A stretch of 64,000 nt of DNA from Octopus sinensis (lineage: Eukaryota), in NCBI RefSeq assembly GCF_006345805.1, contig NC_043017.1:32364001-32428000 (forward strand), read 5' to 3'. The translations under genes were made by a program, and so were the position numbers. Shown in pieces: positions 35,487-48,441 of this stretch. The first letter of the stretch is position 1. Each line of letters starts with the position of its first letter. The notes below the pieces were generated by a model, which made no database searches, was not told the DNA's origin, and saw only the letters and a program-made list of their open reading frames with translations.

Positions 35487-36162
35487 CATCATCATCATCA
35501 TCATCATCATCGTTTAACGTCCGTTTTCCATGCTAGCATGGGTTGGACGGTTCAACTGGGGTCTGGGAGGCCAGAAGGCTGTGCCAGGCCCAGTCTGATC
35601 TGGCAGTGTTTCTACAGCTGGATGCCCTTCCTAACGCCAACCACTCCGAGAGTGTAGTGGGTGCATTTTAAGTGCCACCTGCACAGGTGCCAGACGAGGC
35701 TGGCAAACGGCCACGCTCGGATGGTGTTTTTTATGTGCCACCGACACAGGTGCCAGACGAGGCTGGCAAACGGCCACGCTCGGATGGTGTTTTTTATGTG
35801 CCACCGACACAGGTGCCAGACGAGGCTGGCAAACGGCCACGATCGGATGGTGCTTTTTACGTGCCACCTGGACGGGGGCCAAACGAAGCTGGCAATGGCC
35901 ACAATCGGATGGTGCTTTATACATGTCACCAGCACGAAGGCCAGTCGGGGCGGTGCTGGCAACGGCCACGTTCGGATGGTTCTCTTACGTGCCACTGGCA
36001 CTGGTATCACAGCTACAATTTCCATTGATGTTGAATGATTTCGATTTCGATTTTCACTTGCCTCAGCAGGTCTTCACAAGTAGGGTTTGTGTCACAAGAA
36101 GGAAAGGTATGCATAAGTGGGCTGGCTACGTCCCAGATAGAGGCCACAGGTTATGGTCTCAG
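35487..36162 (-). mobile_element. Family C repeat, longest copy, with about 60-bp internal VNTR
   Basis: Near-identical units gtgccaccgacacaggtgccagacgaggctggcaaacggccacgctcggatggtg. Confidence 0.9.
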
Positions 36163-36181
36163 ATCTGAATAATTCTACATA

Positions 36182-36404
36182 TGAGAGGATGCTGGAAAGT
36201 TCCTGGCTTTGGATAAAAGGAAAATACAGGAGGATCAATTAATTAGTTAATTATGATTTTATTCAACATATTCCCCTCTCAGATTCACACAATTATTGCA
36301 GCGGCCCTTCAGTTTTTCTAAGCATTATATAACTTGGAATGTTGGGGCTCCAACCAGGCGTTTCATTGAACCCTTAAAGCCAGGAACTTTCCAGCATCCT
36401 CTCA
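36182..36404. mobile_element. Mariner-type MITE, 223 bp
   Basis: Perfect 29-bp TIRs tgagaggatgctggaaagttcctggcttt, TA duplication on both sides. Confidence 0.9.
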
Positions 36405-36470
36405 TATTAAACCTTATTAAGATTTTAAAGTTCCTTGTAATTACACACAAATATATGCACATGTCTGCAC

Positions 36471-36881
36471 ATAGGCGCAGGAGTGGCTGTGTGGTAAGTA
36501 GCTTGCTTACCAGCCACATGGTTCTGGGTTCAGTCCCACTGCGTGACACCTTGGGCAAGTGTCTTCTGCTATAGCCTCGGGCCGACCAAAGCCTTGTGAG
36601 TGGATTTGGTAGACGGAAACTGAAAGAAGCCTGTCGCATATATATATATATGTATGTGTGTGTTTGTGTGTCTGTGTTTGTCCCCCAAACATTGCTTGAC
36701 AACCGATGCTGGTGTGTTTATGTCCCCGTCATTTAGCGGTTCAGCAAAAAGAGACCGATAGAATAAGTACTGGGCTTACAAAGAATAAGTCCCAGGGTCG
36801 ATTTGCTCGACTAAAGGCGGTGCTCCAGCATGGCCGCAGTCAAATGACTGAAACAAGTAAAAGAGTAAAAGAGTAAAGAGT
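36471..36881 (+). mobile_element. SINE family A, full length
   Basis: Head, TA tract and tail. Confidence 0.9.
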
Positions 36882-37439
36882 ATATATGCATGTATGTATA
36901 TGGTGATTGCTGTATATGGTATGTCTGTGGTGACTGCTTCTCAGATCAGTGGTGTCTTTTGGGGCTTCCTTGACTTCCCATCCTTGACCTCTCTCGCATA
37001 TCTATTCAGGCCCTCTGCGTATCTGACATGGTTTGAAGCATAGGTGACAGACAAAGGTTGTAAAATACTATGTGCTTCCAACTGGTCTGCATACATTGCC
37101 ATTCCTCCACCGCCATAGATTTTTCAGTAGACGGAAAGACAAATGAGGTCACCATGAAGAGACATCTGTACATCATTGGATTATAGCAATAAACACTTGC
37201 ACAACACAAGTTCCTCTCATTGAGCCCCGTGGTTAGGACCTAACAACATGTTGAAGAGGGATGACCAGTAATGCACTTGTCATCTCATTTCAGCCTTTCA
37301 CTAGGTACTAATCACAGAAACCCACCAAGTGCTATATGTGTTTTACAAGTCTTTATCTCTATAATTCATATTATATATATATATATACATACATACATAC
37401 ATACATACATACATGGATATATATATATATATATATATA

Positions 37440-37543
<104 letters not shown>

Positions 37544-37544
37544 T

Positions 37545-37590
<46 letters not shown>

Positions 37591-38177
37591 TCAAAAATAT
37601 AAGGAATGGCCATAATAGGACATTCAACTCACTAGAAAGTGCAGCCAAACTCAAACCGCTAATAGTTGTAATTCTGAAATAGAAAGAGAAATAAAAACGT
37701 TTACCCCTTTCATCTCTGGACTATGCATAGTTTCGGCAAACATTAGTAAACAAATTAATTAAATTAAATTAAATTTATTTACAACTGGCGTGCCTCGTCA
37801 GCACAGAAGCCAAGGACGAACATATATCCACAAGGCGATGGTAAGGAAGCCTCCAGTCTATATGCTATAAATTTTCACAATCTACCGCAATCGCATGGTT
37901 CTTCTCGGCAGCAAATATAAACTGCTGATTTAATTTCAAAATTAGCCAAAAAATCATTAATTAATAAATATAAGGGTAGCAAAAAATTCTAGAAAAAATT
38001 CTCCGCTACCAGCGGTCTAGTGAGAGGGAAAAGATAGTCAAAGACTATATAATATACATTCAACATTATAAGGAATGGCCCTGACAGGCCATTCGACTCA
38101 CTAGAAAGAGCAGCCAAACTCAAACCGCTAAATAGTTGTAATTCTGAAATTGGAAGAGAAATAAAAACATTTACGCT
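37591..38177 (-). mobile_element. Retrozyme-like element with about 106-nt terminal direct repeats
   Basis: Direct repeats 37599-37704 and 38068-38174 (period about 470 nt); (TA)n at both ends; no ORF. Confidence 0.75.
37711..37809 (-). ncRNA. Canonical type I hammerhead with 60-nt helix II arm (HHR family 5)
   Basis: cuucugug CUGACGA ggca...ugcc GAAAC uaugcaua GUC cagagaug; helix III palindrome ACUAUGCAUAGU. Confidence 0.85.
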
Positions 38178-38193
38178 TATATATATATATATA

Positions 38194-40194
38194 ACGGGAA
38201 GCTTTATGAAAATAAACAAAAGACGAAGGCAGGTGGAAAACAAACGAACAATTGTATTAGTATGGCGCTCAGGAAATAAAAATAAAACAAGTCTTTAACG
38301 TTTCGAGCCTACGCTCTTCAACAGAAAGATACACAGAGAGAGAAAAACACAGAAAGATGGAGAGAAAAAAATGCGTGCAGTAGCTAACGAATCAACATGG
38401 CGATCTGATTTCGGCCAGAGGTCAAAGATCAAACATGAGACGCGAGAGCGAAATAAGGGGAGTTGATAAAAGGGTTGAGGGACCAGCTAATAGTGCGTAG
38501 GAGGGGTCTGGATGTGTGTATGTATAGGGTTGGTGTATGTATTGGTGTATGTATTAGTATGTATAAGGGTGTGTGTGTGTGTGTGTATGAGAGAGTATTA
38601 GTGCGTAGGATTGGTCTGGACGTGCGTATGTATGGGGATGGTGTATGTATTAGTATGTATTAGTACGTATTGGTATGTATAAGTGTGTGTGTGTGTGTAT
38701 GAGAGAGTATAAGTGCGTATGCGGGGTCTGGACGTGTGTATGTATAGGGTTGGTGTATGTATTAGTATGTACTAGTATGTATTAGTACGTATTAGTATGT
38801 ATTAGTTGGTGTGTGTATTAGTATGGCACATCATATGTGTAAGTCATGTGGTGTAGTGAGGAGAAGAGGGGGAGGGGAAGAAGAGGGGGAGAGAAGGGGA
38901 GGGGAAGAAGAGGGGAGGAGAGGGGGGAAGAGGAGAGGATGGGGGAGGAGGGGGATGAAGGAGGAAAGAGGGAGAGGGGGAGAGAGGGAGTGAGGGAGCA
39001 GAAGGAAGGGGAAGAGGGAGGGAGAAAGAGAGGGAAGAAGGGAAGGGGAGTAGGGGTGAAAGATGAAGGACTGAAGAAGTAGGGGTCGGGGGGAAAGGAT
39101 AGGTGAGGAGGGGGGAGAGGGGGGTTAGATGAGGAGGGGGGAGAGTTGAGACCAAATGGCGTATAAGAGCGAAGAGAGAAGATTAATTCCTGTTCACGGC
39201 GCAAACGGGAATCCGGATGGCCTCTGTGTAAGGACAAACCGAACACAGATAGGTGTTGCAAGGAGTGACCGGTGGAGCGGAAATGGCGTGAGACCGGTTG
39301 TCGTTCGCAAGGTGGATGTCACGAAGGTGTTCCGCGAACCGGTCAGCCAAGCGGCATCCCGTTTGTCCGATGTACAAGGAATTGCAGAGAGAGCAAGAGA
39401 TGCAATAGATAATATTGCTGGAGGTGCAGGTGAAGGAGTGGATGATGGGATAGGTCGATGGTGGGTGCTAGTGAGGCAGGTGGTGTTGGAGAGGTAAGGG
39501 CAAGTGCGGCAACGTGGGCAGGAGCAGGGGAACGAGCCGGGTTGGGAGGTAGGGTCAGGGAGGAGCTATGGACCAAAAGGTCTCGAAGGTTGTGGGCTCG
39601 TTTGAAAGAGGGGGGGGTCGGTTAGGGAAGAGGTGTGAAGTGGACGGGTCGGACTGGAGATGACGGAAAGCTCGAAGAATGGTGCGTTGGAGACGTAGGG
39701 TCGTGGGGTGGTAAGTGAGGGAAAAGGGAGGCGGGAGACTACAGGGCGGGTTCGGGGAGAGAGAGCAGATACACGGTCCACGGACCGTGCTCTGGCAAGG
39801 GCGGTGTGGATAGTGGTGAGGGGGTATCCACGTAGGGTGAGTGGTGAGCCATACGTTGAGACTGAGTCTCAAAGTCATGGTCGTCCTACAGAGCCTACGT
39901 AGACGGAGGAATTGGGAATAGGGGATGGAAAGCTTGGTGTGTTCTGGGTGGGAGAAGAGAAGTTGAGGTATGAGTGTGAGTCTGTGTGTTTGTAGTGAAT
40001 GGAGGTGGTAAGAGTGGAGTGAAGAATGCTAACCGAAATGTCGAGGAAGGAGACAGAGGTGTTGGAGATAGTGGAAGTGAAGTGGAGGGCTGGATGGAAA
40101 GATTGGACGAAAGAGAGGAAGGAATCTAGATGTTCGCGGAGGAAGTGAGGTGGCACCGATAATGTCGTCAATGTAACGACCATATAGTTCAGGA

Positions 40195-40195
<1 letters not shown>
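38194..40195 (-). mobile_element. 5'-truncated Neptune-type Penelope-like element (RT from YIDD, linker, GIY-YIG EN, 3' UTR, HHR pLTR), frameshifted
   Basis: YGRYIDDII, SFLDISVS...IHYKHTDSHSYL, CPRCRTCPYL, FTCTSSNIIYCISCSLCNSLYIGQTGCRLADRFAEHLRDI; HHR family 2 at 38292-38329; both ends in (TA)n. Confidence 0.9.
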
Positions 40196-40233
<38 letters not shown>

Positions 40234-40248
40234 ATATATATATATATC

Positions 40249-40279
<31 letters not shown>

Positions 40280-40422
40280 ATATATATATAAGTTCACCAA
40301 ATCTTTAGATTCAAATGAATATGGTACTTAATTTAGATGCACCAGAATTCTGTATGGTGTTATCCATAAAAATCCGTGGGGTTATTATAATCAAAATAAG
40401 CAACAAGAATGAATCCGGTAAT

Positions 40423-40508
40423 TTGGTACGATTGTTTCGTACTACATCGTTGTATTAAATGTTGTATGTATTACAACAGTTTTAAAATGCTGAGCACTCA
40501 TCAGCCAA
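40423..40508 (-). ncRNA. Type I hammerhead (HHR family 1) in TA-flanked element
   Basis: uugg CUGAUGA gugcu...aguac GAAAC aauc GUA ccaa; all core nucleotides canonical. Confidence 0.85.
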
Positions 40509-40799
40509 TTATAGAGGTTTTCCATTAATACAAAAATGTTCATATCAAGTAGCAACATTATAGAGAAGGTAGATATATAGACAAAGATGTGGATTTAAAT
40601 TTTAAGAACATTTGAGGTAGTGGAGCCCATCAACTGACTGATATATATATATATATTTATATATATATATATTTATATATATAATATATTTTATATATAT
40701 ATATAGTTGAATAAGTTGGAGTCAACAAGAAGGAGTACAGTTGGACATTTATTTGTGATTACTACAATTGTTTCCATGCAATGTAGTTTTCCAGGTTGA

Positions 40800-41105
40800 T
40801 CTCGTGGATTTGGGTTCTTTCCTGACAATGATCTGCTGAACTTATTGAATAAATTTGGATATTCTGAGGATACCAGAGTGTTGGGGATGCGCTTTGTGTT
40901 TTGATAATGGTGATACCTTTCCAGCCAAGGCCTCTAACTTATTGCAAACTCTGTAGATGAAAGAACAGGTGACTTTTAAAAACTGACTTGTCTCTAAATT
41001 GTTATGCTCAGCCTTTAAGGCCATAATTACAGCTAGCAGCCTCTTCATTTCTTGAGTAAGCTGAGTGTCTGCCATTATTATTTTCTGAAACGTAAATGAC
41101 ATAAA
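40800..41105 (-). mobile_element. Tc1/maT-like transposase N-terminal fragment
   Basis: MKRLLAVIMALKAEHNNLETSQFLKVTCSFIYRVCNKLEA...KAHPQHSGILRISKFIQ resembles the HTH region of DD37D transposases (recalled, not searched). Confidence 0.5.
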
Positions 41106-41406
41106 GTTAATTTAAAAACAGTGACAACTAAAAAAAAATGTCATGTTCTCAAATAGCCTACCACCCTCTGTGTGTGTTGTATGTAGATTGATGATTGATA
41201 TATATATATATGTACATGTGTGTGTTTTTGCTTGTGTATATATATATATATATATATTATATATTATATATATATATATATATTATATATATATATATAT
41301 ATTTATGTATGTATGTATGTATAGATAGATAGATGTGTGTGTGTTCATATGTATATATGTATAGAAGGAGGACTGCTCTTTTTCTGTCTCTCTTTCTCTC
41401 TCTATG

Positions 41407-41446
<40 letters not shown>

Positions 41447-41551
41447 CATATATAATATACTATATATAATTATATATACATATATATACATACATATGTA
41501 TATATATATATACATATATATATATACATAATATATATATATTCATATATA

Positions 41552-41627
<76 letters not shown>

Positions 41628-41999
41628 TTCATATAATATATATACATATATATACATATATATGTATGCATATAGATTTATACACATAAATAAACGTATA
41701 TGCGCAAATATAAGTGTTAACTACTTTGATATTTTGTAACAATTTATTTTCGGTGGCACCTTTTCTGACAACGAACTTCACCTGAGACCTTCAGCTGAAA
41801 CTGAAGCAATTACATTGCGGAAGTGCCACGAATGTCATGCCAGAGAGGTTTGACAAAATTTCGACATTACAAGAGCTGAGTGAATAGTAAATATAACACT
41901 TTTTTATGCATTAAATAGCAAAAATGGGTTTCCACAAGCTAAGTGTTATTTCTATTATTATATTTTTCATATCACATTATCTTTTTTGTATTATATTTT

Positions 42000-42770
42000 A
42001 TACACTATATTTTATGCATTATATTAAATTTTATATATTTCATTTTATATATTATATTATATTTTGTATATCATATTATCTTATAGATATTTTATATTTA
42101 TATATTTATATATTTATATTTTATTTTATATATTTTTATTTATAATATTTATATATTTATATATTATATTTTTATTTATTTTATATAGTTTCAGCTCACG
42201 AGGTGTGGCCATGCTGGGGCACCGCCATTTATTTATATTTTATATCCTGCATTATATTTTATATGCTTTATTAAATTTTATATATTATATTATATTTTTT
42301 ATAATATATTTTATTTCATATATTTTATTTTCTATATATATCATATTTTATATATTTATATATTTATATATTATATTATGTATTTATATTATATATGTAT
42401 ATATTATATTATATAATTATATTTTATACCCTGCATTATATTTTATATGCTTTATTAAATTTTTATATTATATTATATTTTTTATAATATATATTTTATT
42501 TCATAATTTTATTTTCTATATTATATCATATTTTATATATTTATAATTATATATTATATTATGTATTTATATATATATTTATATTTTATATCCTGCATTA
42601 TATTTATATATGCTTTATTAAATTTTATATATTATATTCTATTTTTTATAATGTATTTTATTTTATATATTTTGTTTTCTATATTATATCATATTTTATA
42701 TATTATATATCATTATATATTTCATATATATTTTATATACGCTATTACATTTGATATATTACGATATATT
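42000..42770. repeat. Very AT-rich degenerate minisatellite, about 160-185-bp period
   Basis: cctgcattatattt(t)atatgctttattaaatttt recurs near 42246, 42429 and 42592. Confidence 0.8.
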
Positions 42771-43264
42771 TTATGTTATTTAATTTATTATATTCATCTC
42801 CCACAGGCAGCCTTCAACTTTTTTCTCTCCAAAGAGATTATAACTCAATATTTAGACATTATTTATATCTTTATTTGCTTTGAGATCCAGTATTTCTTAA
42901 AAGAATTACATTATAGTCAGTTTTTGTTTAAAATTACTGTTCATCCAGAAATGATAAAAATTTCAGCCTCATTATATATATATATTTTTTTTTTACAAAA
43001 AAAGCATGACAGGCCAGTAAATTTCAAAGGATACAGTTTATATAATGTGGAAATGAAAAAGGCTCTGCAGAAGAAACAAAGGAACAAGGAGACTTAGTAA
43101 AAAGTTTGAAAGGGGGTAAAAAAACTAGTTAGGAAAATATGAGTTGATGGGTGAAATAGCCTGTATGTCAGAGCTGTGGTAACGAATTGGTTGGGCAATC
43201 GTTTGTGACAAAATTGTTGTGTGTAAGTTCGTTACTAGAATATTGATGGGCTCCAATTTTTACT

Positions 43265-43320
<56 letters not shown>

Positions 43321-43637
43321 TGTGTAAGTACATACATGCATACATATATTCTCGAAATGTCACACCCCACTTTTTTTTCCATCTTAAACTTTCTCTGAGC
43401 ATCAGCCTAATACATTCATTGTGTACATCATGTTGACTTTTTGTTGCTTTTGTTTTTATATCTGATTTGCATACATACATACACATATACATACATACAC
43501 AGACACATGTACACACACACACACACACTATATTTCTAGAAAGATAAATAGATAGATAGATGTTTAGAAATATATGTGTAAATGTGTGTGTGTATGTGTG
43601 TATATATATATACATATATATATATACACACATACAT

Positions 43638-43676
<39 letters not shown>

Positions 43677-43756
43677 CACATATATATATGCAAATATTTA
43701 TGTATGTAAATATATATGTGTGTATAAGCATACGTGCATACATTCATACATACACA

Positions 43757-43792
<36 letters not shown>

Positions 43793-44213
43793 TTAATGTC
43801 CGCGTTCCATGCTAATACACACACACACACACACAAATATATAGCTATAAAAACATTGAGAGAATATGAGAGAAGATAAGGAAATGGAAGAAATTGGGAA
43901 GAAAACACAAAATTCTTCTTCTTCCATTTTCTTTTTCCATTCCTTGGGGGAAGTCATTATTTTGAAGAATGAACAGGAAAAAGAAAACGTTAAGAGTGAA
44001 AAAAGGATTTTGTGGAGGAGATGGGGAACGGAAAAGGGGAAACAGAAAAACGGGAAAGCGGGGAAGAGAAGAAAAGAGAAGGATGTAGTGGAAGAGGGGG
44101 GAAGTGGAGGGAGGGAAGGGATTTTTAAAAAAATGAAAGAAGTCCAGAAGAAGAGGAAGAGATGAATAGTTTGAAGAGGATGTGGTAGAGGAGGAAAATG
44201 CAAAGGAAGTAGC

Positions 44214-45060
44214 ATGATGATGACGGATGGAGGTGTCAGTGGCCGCAGCTGCAGCAATGAATTTGATGAGGGTAGTGGTGGTGGTGGTGAGGATGATGAG
44301 GATGGTGAGGATGATGATGACGACGATGACAATGTTGACGATGATTATGATGATAAGGATGACAACAACAAGGATGGCGATGATGTCATCAATGATTACT
44401 GATAATCATGATGACGATGATAATGATGATGATGATGATGATGATGATCATGACGATAATGATGAAAATGATGATAATGATGATTATGATGATGATAATG
44501 ATGATGATGATGATGATAATGACGACAATGATGATAATGATGATGATGGTGATGATGATGATGAGTATAATGGTGACGATGAAGGTCATGATGACGACTG
44601 ATGACAGTGGCAGCAGTGGCAGAGGCGGCAGCAGTGGTGGAGGTGGCAGCAGTAGTGGATGCAGTGAGGGTTGTGGTGATGATGATGATGATGATAACAA
44701 AAATGTTGTTGATGATGATGATGATGATGATGATGACGATGACTATGATGATGATGACGATGACGATGACGATGACGATGATGATGATGATGATGACGAT
44801 GACAATGACGATGACGATGATGATGATGACGATGACGATGACGATGATGATGATGATGATGATGATCACGATCATGATGATGATGATGATGATGACAATG
44901 ATAGCAACAGTAATTGCCGATAATCATACTGACAATGATGATGACAAAGATGATGATAACGACGACGATGACGAAGATGATGATGATGAATGTGATGGTG
45001 TGGATGAAGGCAAAGATGATGATGATGGCGATGATGATTACAGTAAATGAAGATGATGAT
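44214..45060. repeat. (GAT/GAC/AAT/GGT)n compound trinucleotide array
   Basis: Directly visible. Confidence 0.95.
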
Positions 45061-45688
45061 TCTGTCTAACAATGAGATGGTGTGGAATTTGCAATTACCT
45101 CAGCTTTTGCGGGTAGGAAAGTTTTGCGAAGACCGCAGCGAGGGAAATTAAAGTGAACACACAATAAAGTTCTTTTCATTAAGATTTTGAAAGCTGTGAA
45201 GAAGTTAGTATTTCATCACCTGGGGGAAAGAGGTGTGTCAATTCGAATTTAGAACAAAAATCCTTTGATATCTTTGCCATTATTTCGTAAATTTATGGGG
45301 GCATACAGTTGAACATGGCATTCAAAGAATTCAGAAATTACTTCTGGCAGCGTGTTGTTGCAACAAAAATTCAAAATTTCCAATCATCATTTTCATAACT
45401 AGCAATTATTTGTGTCTATATTTCTCTGTCTATGTATGTTTGTGTGTGTGTGTGTGGATGGGGGTCGTTGTGAAGTAGAGGTCGTTGAAGGAAGGAATTA
45501 TATACCATGTCTATGTGTAGGACAGTAAAGGGTTGTGTGTGCGTGTGTGTGTGTTTGTGGTTGTGTTTAGGTACAGGTTATCTGGTGGGATGTATATGTG
45601 TGTGCTTATGTAGTACTGAAAAGTTTATCTCAGAGATTTCCAAGTATAAAAGTTTGCATGTGAACACATAATCTTATGTGTATGTGTA

Positions 45689-45734
<46 letters not shown>

Positions 45735-45882
45735 TGTGTGTGTGTGCGTGTGTGTGTGTGTATGCTAATTAGATGTGCAGGACTGTTACACAATTGTCTT
45801 AATCTAATTGAATTTTTTTCACAGAGAGTACTCTACAACTTATTAGAAATATATATGTATGTGTGTATATATATATATATAT

Positions 45883-46093
45883 AGTTAATCCAAACATGAA
45901 AACACAAAGAGAAAACACAACAACACGAGGATGTGAAACAAATATAGTATTATTGGAGGCTCAGGAAGGAAGGGAAGAAGGAGGGTTTTACGTTTCGAGC
46001 AGGGCTCTTCGTCAGAAACATAGGAAAAGGAAAGAACCAGAGAAAGGAAGATGGAGGGAAAAAAATTGCCAACGGTGCACACGCGGTCACATT

Positions 46094-46097
<4 letters not shown>
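45883..46097 (-). mobile_element. TA-flanked pLTR-like element with minimal hammerhead at 45985-46019 (HHR family 6)
   Basis: guuu CUGACGA agagc ccu gcuc GAAACGUA aaac. Confidence 0.8.
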
Positions 46098-46135
<38 letters not shown>

Positions 46136-46264
46136 GTATGCGTCTATTTATTTATATGTTCTATTTTGGAATGGTGAATCTTGACACAGATAAAGTTGTA
46201 AATAAAAGCATGTAAATATTTGGCTAAAAATCTCTTTGATTTGAAAAATTCAAAGGTGAAGAAG

Positions 46265-46588
46265 CATGCTCTTCAAACGTTGGGCCTCACGGAGGTGATG
46301 ACAAGTGACCGAGACCTTTGGAAATATACTGTGCTTGAGAAGACCAGTCAAGCCAAATGAGATCATAGTTATGGCCGATGTTGGTGTTTCATAACTGGCA
46401 TCCATGCTGGTAACGAGGAAAAAGCATCCACTACACTCTTTGAGTGGTTGGCATTAGGAAGGACATCCAGCTGTAAAAACCATGCCAAATCAGATTGGAA
46501 CCTGGTACAGATCCCTAGCTTACCAGTTTTCAGTCAAACCATCCAAACCATGCCAGCATGGAAAACGGACATTAACTGATGATGATGA
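46265..46588 (+). mobile_element. Family C-like repeat, diverged
   Basis: gagtggttggcattaggaaggacatccagctgtaaaaac...ggacattaactgatgatgatg. Confidence 0.7.
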
Positions 46589-46779
46589 AAAGCTGCCTAT
46601 GTGACTTGAACCCAGATTTCCAGTAAACATATCTGGTGTTTTATTAGAAAAACCAGAACACTTCCACACGGGCTCCATTGATCATATGCAAAACATCTAG
46701 ACGGTCTCAACTTTGACAGACACAATAAATTGTGGAAAGTGTAAAGATAATTTATGAACGCCTGTATGTGTGTGCGTGT

Positions 46780-46811
<32 letters not shown>

Positions 46812-46812
<1 letters not shown>

Positions 46813-47150
46813 TGTTGTTCCACTACCACTTGACGACCTGTGTTAGTGTGTTTAGATCCCCATAACTTAGAGGTTTGGGAAAAGAGACTGATAGAATAAG
46901 TACTTGGGTTAAAAGTTAAGTACTAGGGTCGATTTGTTTGACTAAAACTTTTAAAGGCAGTGCCCAGCATAGTTGAAGTCTAAGGACTAAAACATGTAAG
47001 AGATAAAAGATTTATCTGTGAGAGCTTCAGCACAGTTTCCTTTCATCAATTTTCGCTCACAAGCACTATTGAAAGTGAGGCTATGGTGAAATACCTTGCA
47101 CAAGATGCTACGCACTGGGACTGACTTAGGCACTACATGGATGCAAAAGT
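46812..47150. mobile_element. Two diverged SINE-A halves in opposite orientation
   Basis: 3' half on plus 46812-46996; 5' half on minus 47020-47150. Confidence 0.55.
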
Positions 47151-47179
47151 GTAAACTTCTGACTGAAAGAGCCATTTCT

Positions 47180-47452
47180 GAATCTTCATCGTTTAACATC
47201 TGCTTTCCATGCTAGCATGGGTTGGACGATTTTGACTGAGGTCTGGCGAACCAAACTCCAATCTGTCAGAGTTTCTACAGCTGGATGCCCTTCCTAATGC
47301 CAACCACTCGGAGAGTGTAGTGGGTGCTTTTACGTGCCACTGGCACGAGGCCCAGTTTGGTGGAACTGGCAACGGCCATGCCCAAATGGTGATTTTTATG
47401 TGCCACCTGCACAGGAGCCAGTCCAGCAGCACTGGCGACGACCTCACTCGAA
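47180..47452 (-). mobile_element. Family C repeat
   Basis: catcgtttaacatctgctttccatgctagc...ggatgcccttcctaatgcc. Confidence 0.85.
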
Positions 47453-47631
47453 TCCAAATGTATAAACATATACATTGGATGGAGATCAAACTTTGTATCA
47501 TGCATTACAGAGAAATACTAGAAAAATAGGGAGTATAAATGATAAACTGAATCAAGTATTAGATGAGGAATTCATTGTCGACCTTACAAAGGTTTTGCTG
47601 ACGTACACCTTTTTTTTGTATTACATCAGTT

Positions 47632-48441
47632 TTCTTAATGCTTAAGAAGAAAGAGCAGATTATCTGAAAATATTACCTGATATACAAAAGCTGCTTATAC
47701 AGAAGATTTGTCATTTAATAACAGAATAACAACTGAACTCTTACATTCCACTAAAGCTACCACTTGAAGAATTTCATTAGAATTTGTGGCGAAAAAGCTG
47801 ATTCTTCGGCCCTCAAGCAGTGGAAAGCTATTAGTAATCGTTGAATATACTAGACAGCTGTGGTCAATCTTTTGCACCCCCACCCTTTCCCTACATCACA
47901 TCATGTTAATTAGACTGGCTACAATTTGGTGATAAACTCTTTAGATGATAGAGTTTATCCCTAAATTGCAAAGATGTAGTGCACTTCGATTTGAGTGTTC
48001 TTGGAACCTCAGAACCATTTTAAAAAAGTGTGTGGTTATTCTTAATGCTTAAGAAGAAAGAGCAGATTATCTGAAAATATTACCTGATATACAAAAGCTG
48101 CTTATACAGAAGATTTGTCATTTAATAACAGAATAACAACGAACTCTTACATTCACAAAGCTACCACTGAAGAATTTCATTAGAATTTGTGACGAAAAGC
48201 TGATTCTTCGGCCCTCAAGCAGTGGAAAGCTATTAGTAATCGTTGAATATACTAGACAAGCTGTGTCAATCTTTTGCACCCCCACCCTTTCCCTACATCA
48301 CATCATGTAATTAGACTGGCTACAATTTGGTGATAAACTCTTTAGATGATAGAGTTTATCCCTAAATTGCAAAGATGTAGTGCACTTCGATTTGAGTGTT
48401 CTTGGAACCTCAGAACCATTTTAAAAAAGTGTGTGGTTATT
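47632..48441. repeat. Tandem duplication of about 405 bp
   Basis: Units 47632-48038 and 48039-48441 differ mainly by 1-bp indels. Confidence 0.95.

Noticed and set aside
35661-36010. Regularly spaced about 60-bp repeats resembling a CRISPR array
   Set aside because: No unique spacers, no cas genes, eukaryotic context; it is a VNTR inside a retroposon.
44214-45072. Asp/Met/His-rich ORFs, and similar Ser/Pro/Glu/Ile-rich ORFs at 6411-6830, 48825-49700, 60777-61686 and 61956-63118
   Set aside because: Trinucleotide microsatellites open in multiple frames on both strands, with no splice context or domain.
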